In this document: one piece after another, positions 48,895 to 61,900 of the stretch
Position numbering within the stretch: position 1 is the first letter of the stretch
How the letters are laid out: each line of letters starts with the position of its first letter
Source of the DNA: Mobula hypostoma
Taxonomy: Eukaryota
NCBI RefSeq assembly: GCF_963921235.1
Contig: NC_086108.1
Coordinates: forward strand, 48,052,001-48,116,000
Direction of reading: 5' to 3'
Length of the DNA: 64,000 nucleotides
The notes under the pieces: model-generated
Seen by the model: the letters and a program-made list of their open reading frames with translations, nothing else
The model's database searches: none
Told to the model about the DNA's origin: nothing
Position numbers and translations under genes: made by a program

Positions 48895-51800
48895 GATCAA
48901 CAAAGTCTTCTAAAACTTCGACTAACTTCTATAGTTGCAAAATGGAGACTATTCTGACTGTTCCCATACCAGGCTGTATTGTAACCACAAATGCCCAAGA
49001 ACAGAAATGTCTATAGAATGTGGTGGATACAGCCCAGTTATCACAGGAAATTTCCTCCCTGCTACTGGACACATCGATAAGGAGTGCTGCCATAAGAAAG
49101 CAGCATCCATCATCGAGGACCCCCACCGTCCAAGCCATGCTTTCTTCTCGCTACTCCCCTCTGTCAAGAGGTACTGGAGCCACCAGGTTCAGGAACAGTT
49201 ATTACCCTACAACCATCAGGCTCCGTAATGTGAATAACATTACCCATCTCAACTCTGAACTGATTCCACAACCTGTGGACTAGTTTTCAAGGACTCCACA
49301 ACTTGTGTTCTCAGCATTAACTATTTATTTATTCATTTATTTTTATTTAAAAGATTTGTCTTTTCAACATTGGTTGCTTGTCAGTCTTTGTGTGAAGTTT
49401 TTTCATTAATATTTTTTCCTGTGAATGTCTGCAAGAAAATGAATCTCTAGGAAGTATATGGTGATAGAAGACATTGGAGTGGAATTGAACCCTCTCCAAT
49501 GTCAACACATCTTTTCTCAGGTAAGGGGCCCAAAACTACTCTCAATACTCCAAGTGAGGCCTCACCAGTGCCTTATAAAGCCTCAGCATTACAGCCTTGC
49601 TTTTATATTCAAGTCCTCTTCAAATGAATGCTAAAATTGCATTTGCCTTCCTTACCACTGACTTAATCTGTAAATTAACCTTGGGGGAATCCTGCACAAG
49701 TACTCCCAAGTCCCTTTGAACCTCTAAGTTTTGAATTTTCTGCCTGTTTAGAAAATAGTCTATGCTTTTATTCCCTCTACCAAAGTGCATGACCATACAC
49801 TTCGCGACACTGTATTCCATCTGCCATTTCTTGCCCATTCTCCTGATGTCTAAGACCTTCTGCAGTCTCCCTGCTTCCTTAACACTACTGCTCCTCCATC
49901 TATGTTCTTATCATCTGCAAACTTGTCCACAAAGCTATCAATTATGTCATCCAGATCATTGATATATAATGTAAAAAGAAGCAGTCATAGCACCGATACC
50001 TATGGAACACTATTAGTCACCAACAGCCAATCAGAAAAGGCTCCATTTATTCCCATTCTTTGCCTCCTGCCAATCAGCCAAAGTTCTATCCATGCTAGTA
50101 TCTTTCCTGTAATACTGTGAGCTGTTATCTTGCTAAGCAGTCAAATGTGTGACACCTTGTTGAAGGCCTTTTGAAAATCCGAATACCAAACATATTCTGA
50201 TTCTCCTTTGTCTATCCTGCTTGTTATTTCCTCAAAGAATTCCAACAGATTTCAGGCAAAGCTTTCCCTTAAGTAAACCATGTTGACTTGAGCTTATTTT
50301 GTCATGGGCCTCTGAGTTCCCTGAAACCTCATCTTTAACAGTTGATTCTAACATCTTCCCAACCGCTGAAATCAGACCAACTGGCCTATAATTCCTATTC
50401 TTCTTCCTCCTTCCCTTTCTTGAGAGTGGAGTGACCTTTATAATTTTCTAGTCCTCTGGAGCAATGCCAAAATCTACTGATTCTTGGAAAAATCATTAAT
50501 AATGCCTCCACAATCTCTTGAGCTACCTCTTTAATAGCCCCTGTGTATAGTCCATCAGGTCCAGGTGATTTATCTACCTGCAGGCCTTTTGGTTTTCCAA
50601 GCACCTTCTCCCTGCCACTCCTTGAACTTCCATCATGCTGCTAATGTTTTCTACGGTGAAGGCAGATGCAAATTATTTACTTAGTTCATCCGCCATTTTC
50701 TTGTCCCCCATTACTACCTTTCCAGCATTATTTTTCAGTGGTCCATATCTACTCTCGCATCTCTTTTACTCTTCATATATCTGAAAAAACTTTTGGTATT
50801 CTTTGATATATTGGCTAGCTTTCCTTCATATTTCATCTTTTTGCTTGTTACGGCTTTTATGTTTAATTATCTTCTGTTGTTTTTTTAAAAGCTCCTAATC
50901 CTCTAACTTCCCACTAATTTTTGCTCTATTACATACCCTCTCTTTGGCTTTTATGTTGGCTTTGACTTCCTTTGCCAGCATGGTTGTGCCATCCTGCCTT
51001 TAGAATACTACTACTTCTTTGGGATATATCTATTCTGCGCCTTTCAAATTGCTCCCAGAAATTCCAGCCATTGCTGCTCTGCCATAATCCCTGCAAGTCT
51101 CCCCTTCCAATTAACTTTGTTCAGCTCCTCTCTCATGCCTCTGTAATTCCCTTTATTCCACTGAAATACTGATACATTTGACTTAAACTTCTCCTCCTTA
51201 AATTTCGGGGTGAATTCTATCATATTATGATCACTGTCTCCTAAGGGTTCATTTACCTTAAGCTCCCTAATCAAATCCAGTTCACAACACAACACTTAAC
51301 CCAGAATAGCTAATCCCCTATTAGACTCAACCACAAACTGGTTTTAAAAACTATTTCATATGCGTTTTACAAATTCTCTCTTTTGGGATCCAAAATTAGC
51401 ACCAGCCTGATTTTCCCAATCTACCTTTATATTGAAGTCCACCATGACTATCCCCCATTGCTGTTTTGATGTATTTTCTATCTCGTTTTGTAACTTGTAG
51501 CCCACACCCTGTATATAAATCCCATCAGGGTCATTTTACCCTTGCAGTTCCTTAACTCTGCCCTCAATAATTCTACATCACTGATCCTATATCAGCTCTT
51601 TCTAAGGATTTGATTTCATTTTTTAACCAACAGGTCCACGCCACCCCCTTTGTCTGCCTGCTGCTTTTTCAATACAATGTGTATTCTTGGATGTTAAGCT
51701 GCCAATTATAATCTTTCAGCCACAACTCTGATGCCCACAGTGTCTAACTGTGCTACAAGAATATCTACCTTATTTTGTAAACCGCATGCATTCAAATACA

Positions 51801-51989
51801 ACACTTTACTCCTGGTTTCATCACCCATTGATTTTGTTCCCTGCTCCATCTTCAGCCCTGTCACACAGTTTCTCACCCCACCCCACCAAATTAATTTAAA
51901 ACCTCCCCAACAGGATATTGGTACCGCTCAGGTCAGTCGTAACCCACACCTTTTGTACAGGTCACGCCTTTCCCAGAGGAGATCCCAGT

Positions 51990-52714
51990 GATCCACCTGG
52001 GAGTCAGCTGGTGTGATATACTGCGTCCGGTGCTCCCGATGAGGCCTTCTATATATTGGCGAGACCCGACGCAAGATGGGAGACTGTTTTGCTGAACACC
52101 TGCGCTCTGTCTGCTGGAGAAAGCAGGATCTCCCAGTGGCCACAAATTTTAATTCCACATCCCATTCTCATTCTGATATGTCTATCCACGGCCTCCTCTA
52201 CTGTTAAGATGAGGAACAACACCTTATATTCCAAACTGATGGCATGAATATTGACTTCTCTAACTTCTGTTAATGCCCCACCTCCCCTTCTTACCCCATC
52301 CCTTATTTATTTATTTATTTATTTGTTTGTTTGTTTGTTTATTTATTATTTTCCCCCCTTTTTTTCTCTCTCTTTTCTCTCTCTGTCCCTCTCATAATAA
52401 CTCCTTGCCTGCTCTCCATATTCCTCTGGTGCTCCCCTCCCCCTTTCTTTCTCCCTAGGCCTCCCATCCCATGATCCTCTCCCTTCTCCAGCCTTATATC
52501 CCTTTTGCCCATCAACTTTCCAGCTCTTAGCTGTATCCCTCCCCCTCCTGTCTTCTCCTATCATTTCGGATCTCCCCCTCCCTCTCCCACTTTCAAATCT
52601 CTTACTATCTCTTCTTTCAATTAGTCCTGACGAAGGGTCTCGGCCTGAAACGTTGACTGTACCTCTTCCTAGAGATGCTGCCTGGTCTGCTGCGTTCACC
52701 AGCATTTTGTATGT
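51990..52714 (+). mobile_element. Penelope 3' fragment (GIY-YIG remnant and terminal repeat)
   Basis: Homologous to the reverse complement of ~2240-2935. Confidence 0.85.
52623..52658 (+). ncRNA. Minimal hammerhead ribozyme motif of a Penelope terminal repeat
   Basis: AGTC-CTGACGA-AGGGTCTCGGCCT-GAAAC-GTT-GACT. Confidence 0.7.
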
Positions 52715-53587
52715 CCACAGAATCTTGTGTCTGCTCCTCCAACTATGGAATCCTCTGTCACTATTACATTCCTCTTCCCCCCCTTCCCATTTGAGTCATG
52801 GTGTCAGAGTTATTGCCAGAGACCCCTGCTTGGTTGTCCACCTCCAACCATATTCAAAGTGGCATACTGATTTTTGAGAGGAATGGTCACTGGGGTACTC
52901 TGCACTGGCTATCCAATTCCTTTCTCTCTCCTGAAAGTCACCCAGGTACCTGCCTGCTGCAATTTGGGGATGGCTATCTCCCTGTAGCTCCTAACTACCT
53001 CCTCCTCAGCTGCTTATAGAAGCTAAAGGTCATCAAGCTGCAGATCCAGTTTTTTTTAAACACCTTTTCTAAGGAGTTGCGGCTTGGTGCTCCTGGTGCA
53101 GATGTGGTTATCTGGGCTGCTGGAGGTCTGGCGCCATCCTCATTGCACTAATTATGTGCTAACGGGAAGAATGACAAAGAAGAAACTTACCAGATAGTTT
53201 CCTCACCCAAGCCTATCCTCCCCGAAGCCTGATCAGCCAAAGCCGTCCCACTCCAACGCTGGTCCACTCGCTGAATGACCTTTCCAACAATGGCTGCTCC
53301 ACTAGTCCCTGCCTTTTATTTGCTCTTGCTAATGAATTCTGATTTGATTGGGCTGCAGGAAAATGCCACAAGCCTGTGAATGTTCTTTTTTAGCATTTCA
53401 CTCATGGACCTGTGAGTTGCCTTCCTTCCCGCTCCTGGTTCGATTGAACCTCCACAAACTCTGATAATTAATTTATTTTGAACCTTTTGAATAGTGCTAT
53501 CATTCAATTTAGTGAATGAAAAATCTTGTTTATGTGGGTCTGAAGTTACCTGCCATTTTGTTTAAATTTTAATCTCTTTTCTTGCAG

Positions 53588-53658
53588 AGGTTGGACCAGT
53601 CACCATCACTACAGATCCAAAGAAGTTTCAGTATGAACTCCGGGAACTATACGTACAG
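53588..53658 (+). CDS. HMCN1: Hemicentin-1 coding exon (probably exon 2; 71 bp), (E)VGPVTITTDPKKFQYELRELYVQ, VWA domain
   Basis: Pyrimidine-rich acceptor ttttcttgcag| at 53587 and donor |gtaag at 53659. The translation matches the HMCN1 VWA segment as I recall it, and it splices in frame to the next exon. Confidence 0.95.
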
Positions 53659-55227
53659 GTAAGATAAAATTACTAAAACTTGGCAGTGACTGGTGATCTA
53701 AATTGTTCCTCTGAGCTATAAGTGAATCTTCCTCCACCAATGCCCCCAATCCCAAATAGTATGAGCTTTAAGTTTTAGGTTACATTTTTTAAAAGGGATC
53801 AAAATGGAAATAAATATCATTTAGGAGATGTGTGCTTTGTTTGGTATCTGGCTGATTTCCAGGAATATTCAGCGCTTATTCACAGTTGACATTTAATTCG
53901 GTCATTTCCTCCTTTGCATGTTGGCAAGATTAGAATTGATATCCATTTAAAATCAAACAATATGCTGAATATGTCTTTCTTACAAACGTATAAATCAGAA
54001 AATTGCTGTGGGGAAGAGTTGACATTACATATACTTTTATCCATCCAGATTATTAAAAATAAGTAAAAAGTAGTTCCCTCTCCTTCCTCTTTATAGGTAA
54101 ATTCCCTTGAAGTGTAGCACTATGTTTATATGGAAGGCTGCAGATAAAGTCCTTGGTCATTGTTTAGTTATTTGATAGAGAATCCTGTAATTGGGCCGGT
54201 TTGAAGCAGGCAGGGCAGAAACAATAATCCAGGCTTTTGTCCACTGAACTTGTACACGTTGGGAGCAGGGTTAGACCCAATGCATTAGCAACACTGACCA
54301 AGTTAACAGATGGAGGACGCTACTCCTGAGCAATTTACCCAAACAGGTTTTTCCTGAAGTCTGGAATTGCCAGTGAAGAGAGGAGAAGAGTCAATCTTAC
54401 CAGCTGGTGACCTTCCAGCAGAGCTGGGAAAAGTTCCGGAGCATGTTTTAAGCAAGTACAAATGTGGTTATATGGGAGGGAAGTAATTGGTGTATTATTG
54501 TCACATGTACCAAGATCCAGTGAAAAGCTTTTGTTTGTCTTCTAACCAGATTATTCAGAATGTAACTACATCAAGGTGATATGAAATGTGCTGAGCTTGT
54601 CCACAACTCTCTGCAATTTGCAACCTTTCTTCTTTTGATCTAATATTTTACTTAACTTGTTATCCACAGCTGAATGATTTTGCCTGTATGCGCCTTTGTG
54701 CTTTAGTGATTATAGTTTGCAACAAGGGTATTATTTTTCTTCTCTCGTTGCTTGTTTACTTTGAAGCTATCTGAATCAGCATCTGCCGTTGAAAATGAGA
54801 GATAGAAATCAACTAGGACACTAGGGACAATCTTTCAGCTCTTCCTCACAATAATGATTACACTTCAGAACTGGCTAATTGGCTGTAAAATTATTTGTTA
54901 TATAAATGGTGTTTGTTTTTTAAATTTGGTAGCTACCTTCTGTTACAACAATCCTGACAGCCTTCTCACCAGCACCAAAAGGTTAGCATTGATAGACTTG
55001 TGTGTGTCCATCTCAGAGAATAAACAATGTCCTCAGTTTAGTTCCCATATGAAATATCATACAGCTGTGCTTCAGAATATCAGCCTAGACTTTCTACACA
55101 AGTTCCTGCACTGGGGTTGAACTCAGAGTGCTCACCATTCAGAGGTGAAGCACAGCTGACATGTAAACAAGACCAGATTATGGGCACAAATCTTCCTTGT
55201 TGCCCCCAGAAGATCAGTTACTTGCTG

Positions 55228-55866
55228 TTAGATTAGATTATGAAGACACATAGTCCTTTTATTTTATTTTATTGTCATTTAGTAATGCATGCATTAAGAA
55301 ATGATACATTATTTCCTCCGGTGTGATATCACAAAACACAGGACAGACCAAGACTGAAAAAACTGATAAAACCACATAATTATAACATATAGTTACAACA
55401 GTGCAGCAATTACCATAACTTGATGAAGAAGTCCATGTGCACAGTAAAGTTCAAGGTTTCTCAAATGTCCCACATCTCACGCAGACGAGAGAAGGAAGAA
55501 AAACTCTCCCTGTCATGCCGACCACAATCCAACTCTGAGTCATCCAAAAACCTCAAGCTCTGATCAGCTCTCCAACACCGAGTACTGAGCGCCATCTCTG
55601 TCCGAATGATTGGACCTCCTTCTCGGTCGCCAAAAGCAGGCAAGGCCGGGGATTTTGAGGCCTACCCTCCGAAAGATTCCCGACCACACAGTAACGACAG
55701 CAGCGAACGGGCGTTTCAGAAATTTCTCCAGATGTTCCTCTGTGCTTTCACATCCATTCTCCATCAAATCAGAATTGTCCACGGCCCCTATTTAACAGAT
55801 ATGATATCATTTTTCACCGGAGGGCTGTGCACACGCAGGCACACCGCCATCTTCTCCTCCCGCCTC
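55228..55866 (-). mobile_element. Short non-coding retroposon-like element (non-autonomous LINE derivative?)
   Basis: CpG-rich 5' end GGCGGGAGGAGAAGATGGCGG on the - strand; 3' end with AATAAA and an (AATCT)n tail; no convincing ORF. Confidence 0.55.
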
Positions 55867-56378
55867 TATACTAGTTAACATAGTTTTCCAATCCAACAGA
55901 GCCTCCTTGCATCTCAGACACTTGTAGGTTATAAATAACAAGGATGTGAGATCATACTTGCAGGTGGAACTAAGTCACATTGTGTTGACTTTTCTCATAC
56001 TCTGGTCACTATTCCCTAAATTATTGAGTGGTACATTGTAAGTTTCAAATAATCTGTCCATCATTGCATCCTCAATTTACTGACCTAGAAAGGCACCTCT
56101 TGTATCCTCTGTGAATCAATTATCCATACTTCTAACAAATTTAGAATATTGAGTTGATAAAGATTTTTTTTATGGTTGTTGTACTTCCCTTGTTAGATGT
56201 GTCTCCATTTTTCAAATTTGCCCCTTGATTTTTACATGCTTATAAATTTAACTGATGTTAGAGCTCCCCACACCCTTGGAACCAAGTGGAGATTCACATT
56301 CACTGTAAAAAGCAGAGCATGAACACAGTAACACACATAAAAGTTGCTGGTGAATGCAGCAGCTCTAGGAAGAGGTAC

Positions 56379-56414
56379 AGTCGACATTTCGGGCCGAGAC
56401 CCTTCGTCAGGACT
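56379..56414 (-). ncRNA. Minimal hammerhead ribozyme motif in a short Penelope fragment (~56330-56420)
   Basis: Reverse complement reads AGTC-CTGACGA-AGGGTCTCGGCCC-GAAAT-GTC-GACT. Confidence 0.68.
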
Positions 56415-57837
56415 AACAGGACCACAGTCATTGGTTCCTTCAGCAAGAAGCAAGGAGAGTATTTGAATAGGAGTGGACAATTCCATTGCACAATGCTCAT
56501 CAGTGATATCAACTCTATTTGCCTGCTTTTAATTGCATTCCTTGATAATTAAGAATAAGTCTTGGTCTTCAAAATTTTCTTTGATCCAGTATCTCTTGTG
56601 TGTGGGTAGAAAAACATCCTTCTTAATCCACTCCTAAATAGCTATACTCTAATTTTGAGACCCTGATTTAAGTTTCCTCTAAAGAAGGTAGTGTTTTTTT
56701 CTTTATTGAATAGTTTTATTCATTTATAAGCACCTCAATTAAATCATCAATCCTGCCCTACCTCCAAACATCTAAACTGGAGGGATTGCTGCTAATGCAG
56801 TATTTTCTCATAAGATTAGCTTTTAAACAGCATCAGTTTAATTATTCTAGTCTTGTATTTCCTTCTAAGGTGATTTCACTGTCCAAATGAGCAGTACACA
56901 ACACTAAACACAGTATTCTTCATGCGGGCTGACCCTCCTGAGTGGACGATGTACTTATTTTAAACATGTTATAATTAGCTGGAATAGCTAATTATGACAA
57001 GGAGAATGTAAAGGCTAATGAGGTAAATGTGTAGGCAGGGAACTAGAGATGAAGCAGACTTGATTGCATTGGTGTTTTGTGGACAACTAGAGAGGAAATT
57101 TATTAGGAAAAATGACAATGCGTTTCCTTCTAAAAGAAGCCTTGTTGCAAATAATTTAAGTTACATATCCTTCTTACTTCTACACATCTGGGTTATTTCC
57201 AAGTTGTCCAGTTTTATTTTAAAGCGAGAGCAACACATTGGGGGAACTCTGCAAGATAGGCAGCATCTATGGACAGGAATAAAGGATCAATGATTTAGGC
57301 GGAGACCCTTCATCAGAATTAAACCATTAAAAAAAAAATTAAAGCCATTGATCTGGATTTTGCCAGCTTTTCACATTAGTATATTTAGGTGATTCTGGTC
57401 GGCCATCTTAGTTAAGAATTTTTGGGTATCTCTCAGTCCATAAGTGTGAATTTGATGTCTTATGAAGATGAACATTTGAGCTTTTGAATACTCCATTTGA
57501 TGTGCTACCTAGTCCATCCCCTAGGCAAGACAAGTTAGGAATTAACGGCTTCCCGTGATGATCAAATTGGTCCTTTATTGTATTGCAGTAGCAAAACAAA
57601 TCTCAGCTTGTTAATCAAGAGACAACAATTGCTAACATCATGGAGCTCAAAATAGTGAAAAAAATTGTTTCATTATGAAGCTTTCATTATTTTTATAACT
57701 TAAGATATCACACTTCGTATGTTGGAGCAGCAGGGGAAATGGAGCTAATTATCATAGGGCTAATGTGCAGACCACCAGTGCAAGCTAGCCGTCCTTAACA
57801 TGGGTTTCTCTTTCAATGACGAATCCAAGATATAAGT

Positions 57838-57917
57838 CAGGGGTTCCCAGCCTGTTTTATGCCATGGACCATTACCATTAAACAAGGGGCCTGGGGACCC
57901 CAGGTTGGAAACCCCTG
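57838..57917. mobile_element. 80-bp hAT MITE, same family as 47540-47622
   Basis: CAGGGGTTCCCA...GGAAACCCCTG with shared core atgccatggacca; tataagt on both flanks. Confidence 0.8.
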
Positions 57918-58785
57918 AATTATAAGTGAACACTTTTTATCCATGTAATTTAAGTTACTTTGATTTTATGTCTGCCTCCAGTCTTCCGAGCTTTTCCTGT
58001 GAAAGTCAAGGCTGCGTTTTTGTGTAGATCCTTGTGATTAAGGAGAACAATCCAACAGCCCTCTAACTGTCACATTCCTCATGATTTCGGAACAGCAGGA
58101 AACATTACTTCTTTTTAAAGGGAGATATTGGAATGATTTTCAGTTGGTGCTTGAGGGCTTGTTTTTTATTTAGCTCTTGCCAAATACTTGCTAATGGGGA
58201 AAAGAACAATTTTCAGCCAGCATTCCATTCATTTTGATGCACATATCTTAATTCCAGATGTGCCCTTTTGTTGAGCCCAAAAGTCAAATTGTACATTAAT
58301 TTATAGATTGATAGTATATAGATGTGTATTCTGATGCTGGCCCTAAAGCAATGTATGTCACAGAAAAAAATGACCATTATAGCTCAACTAATTACACTTA
58401 TAAATATTTTATATCCTTTAAAATAAATCAATAGAAGATCACAAAATTAATGTTCGTTCCAAATTGCAAAAGCACTTGATCTGGATGGATGCTGGAAGCA
58501 GCGTTAAGAATAATCTTGGAGTCAGTTAATTGATGAAAGGCAAGGAAAGAGAAAGGTAGATCTCCATCAAGAGATGACTTGTTGGGGTAAAATAGATGGC
58601 TGTTTTTTCCTTCGGACCATTATGTATTTCCTCCCTGTTGCATTTGTGATGAAGTTTGCCAAAAACTTTTTTCCTTTGCCTTTTAATGTTGTGACAAATT
58701 TAGCTCTAAGTTGGATCCACTGATCCTTGTTGAAAGATGAAGTTGAATTCTGTTGACAATGTTTTTGTTCATCATTCAAAAACAG

Positions 58786-58944
58786 GGTGGTGGTGACTGT
58801 CCAGAAATGAGCATCAGTGCAATCAAAATGGCTTTGGAAATGTCCCTTCCTGGGTCTTTCATTTACGTCTTCACAGATGCACGGTCAAAGGACTACAGGC
58901 TTGCTCACCATGTTTTACAGCTAATCCAGCAGAAACAATCTCAG
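58786..58944 (+). CDS. HMCN1: Hemicentin-1 coding exon (probably exon 3; 159 bp), [53 protein letters not shown]
   Basis: aacag| acceptor and |gtgag donor; lies inside ORF 58753..58974. [22 protein letters not shown] fits HMCN1 better than HMCN2 as I recall them. Confidence 0.96.
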
Positions 58945-61900
58945 GTGAGCCACTTTCACAGGATGTTATTGTAACCTCAGACGAGAACTGGCAATGTTGA
59001 AAATTTCAGTGATTCACATAATGTTTTGTATTATTTCCCCTATTTCACGCTAAACTTAGTGTATAATATTCAGAGTAAAATAAATTTACTCCTTTATTTT
59101 CAAGATAATGTTACTCATTTGCTAAGTACATTTTACCTGTCCATTGTTCAGGCAATGTAATCCTCTTTGTCAACTATATTCACCTAAAAGTTTGGTTACA
59201 TTTTGCGTCCCCATGACAATGTACATTGTTACATGCTTTCGCTTTTTTTTCAAAGCATTGGTAATCTGACATGTAAAAATAATATATCACAGGACCTTGT
59301 CTCCTGAAATGACAATTAGCCAGCCAACTCTCCTTCTAGTCCCTGCTCAATTTGCTTTTGCAACTTGGAAACTAATGTGTCTATATTCACTTTACTACGT
59401 GTCATATGCCTTGGGGAGTTAAATTGTGAAGCTTTGAATCATGTCATATTCTTCTACTTTTGTAACATTGCCTCGCGTTACCCTTCCCTCAGCTCATTTG
59501 TGGATACCTAAGTTATTTGTGCATTTTGGTCCCTAACTAAGCAGTGCCATGAATTTAAAAATGTTGTTCTTGTTTTCAAATACATCTGTGATTATACCCT
59601 TCTCTTAGTCTGTAATTTCTCTGGTTATTTGTGCTGCTCCAAAATCTGAGCATCTCCAACATCGATTGCTAATCCATTGTGGGCTGTTCCTTCAGCTATT
59701 GAAGCCTTTTGAATTCCCTCCAGAATTGTCTGCCTTTCTCAAAAACTTGCCTGTTAGACCTGGCTGATAGTAATCTGCCCTGATGTTGCCTTGTATGCTT
59801 TGGAATCATTTATTTTCTCAGTGTTCCAGTGAAGGGACTTGGATTTTGTTAGTCAGTTCGAGAAATTTAGGTAGGGACATGGATGGGAGAGGTATGGTGG
59901 GTGCAGGTTGATGAGAGTAGACAGATTAATGATTTGGCATGGACTAGATGGGCCAAATGGCCTGGCTCAGTGCTGTGGTGTTCTGTGATTCCGTGTACTG
60001 ACTTCATGCTAATACATTGCATAGCATTGGCCATACACCTGATTTAGCATGTAGTGGAAATAAAAACAAGATTGTTTTGAATAAGTTATAAAAATCTTGA
60101 TCCACATTTCCAGGTTTGCCTTTTTTCATTGATAATTGGTTTTCATTCTCACATGTACCAATTTTGCTATCAGCCTTTCAACCATACATCAGTTTGGCCC
60201 ATCAATTTAAGATGTAGAGGTAATGAATCATTGTAATTTAACTCGGGTAATGCTTCTCAGAAATCCCAATCCTTTTGAAATGGGAAGAGTTTGTTATACT
60301 TAAAGTGAAGCAGAGCATGGTTGAAGGGTTTTGTGAATTACTGTGTTTAAATATTAGAAGTTAAAGACTCCTCTACCCAATTTTAGCTTTTAATTTATTA
60401 GCACAAGTCAGATGTACAACAAAGTTCCCTCAACACAGTGAAATACAGAGAAGTTACACTTCTGATGAAAATAAATTTCTTGTTTCTCAAACTGACTCAA
60501 ACAGAACCAGAATTAATCTGTTTTGTTCCCTTACAAAACATTATTATATCCTTGGGATGGAGATTGTGAGCAGCAGTTATTTTGGTGCTACTCAAAGGTG
60601 GTTTATTGAAATGAAATCTTCCAATCTGAAAGCTAATTTGGGTTGCTAAAATTCATTTAATTTATTGTTGATGTGGCTAGCAGGGCAGAATTGTTTTCAT
60701 ATAACAAACATCTTCATCTGTGTTTAATCCTCTATTGCTTCTCTTTGAGGTGTATCTATGGTTGAACTGCCTTCTAACTAAGAAACACGATAACTTCACC
60801 TCGGATGGCATCCATTAAATTGAGTGAACAGTGCAAAGCTGAGCTGAGCTTATTAACTTCGTGCTTTCACTGCTTCTGAGGAAGCAGAAATGGTGAATGG
60901 AATATCCAGACTCTATAATCACTGAATTATATCAGTCACAGCATTCATTATTGAAATGAAGAATTGTTTTCAAGTTCCCAATCTGTCTGTCAAGAAATCT
61001 TTTGCTGTGTTCCAAAGTCAAGACTGCTGTAGATTAAAGTAATTGAGCTGTATCTTCTGTTTCAGTGAATAAACCTTGCGAGAAGGGTATTGCCAGAGAT
61101 CAGGGAATTCTATTTTTTTTTGCCACTCTTGGTGATTCTCAGATTAGAAGAAATAGAAACTATATTTAATCTAAAATTTGAACCAAATCAATTGCAAGCC
61201 TAATTTGGGATTAATTTGAAAATGGTCTGCACAAGGGTTATGCCATGATCTATAAAATTATCTGGAACTCCTTGAACAAATCAAGTTCCAGTACTAACTT
61301 TAAAAAAAATTCCATATCGTCAAGTAGATAATTTGGTTGGCTAGCTGACTGCATCTAATCTCAATGTCTGACTGCAAGCACAGTGATCAAAAGCTAAAGG
61401 ATTGCTGATGTTGTAACATCACATTGAGAGGTTTATGACTTTAATTAAATTAATCAGTTGGTTGCTCAAGGATAAAGTAAATGTTTGAAAGAAAAATCTT
61501 TCAAGGATTTTGCTAAACCACCACAAACAAGGCAGATGGATATAAAATTGACTTGGCAACAGCAGGACACCATCTACCTGGTGAGCAGTTTGTGTGCCTT
61601 CTGCAGGGCTCAGCACTAGGTCCCTTTGCAATTTGTGGTATCTAAAGGACTTTGGCTTAACTGTAGGAAAGTGATTGAGAAGAAAACAGTGAGCTGGTCT
61701 GGTGGGAGGGCAAGTGTCTAATGAGACACAGTTAACAGAAATGCAGGATTATACGTTTGGGACTCTGAACAGGGGAAGGGATGGCACAAAGCTTGGGAGG
61801 AGAGCAAGAGATTTGGAGGATCTGAGACTTAGATTGTATGCTCATGTCTTCTGGAGGCAAATGGGAAAGCAGAGGCATTGAACACGAGCAGGATGCTTAT

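Larger units (their letters stand above)
49495..53300 (-). mobile_element. Long degenerate CR1 copy interrupted by a Penelope fragment
   Basis: ORF remnants KWQMEYSVAKC..QRDLGVLV, VDKSPGPDGL and EPLGDSDHNMIEF. Boundaries approximate. Confidence 0.75.
1..53587 (+). other. HMCN1: Probable 3' part of HMCN1 intron 1 (>53 kb, transposon-rich)
   Basis: I found no signal-peptide or N-terminal VWA exon in the window, and the 71-bp exon starts mid-codon, so it needs an upstream exon. Confidence 0.75.

Noticed and set aside
58753..58974. Stand-alone 73-aa gene
   Set aside because: Only 58786-58944 is exonic HMCN1; the rest is intron.
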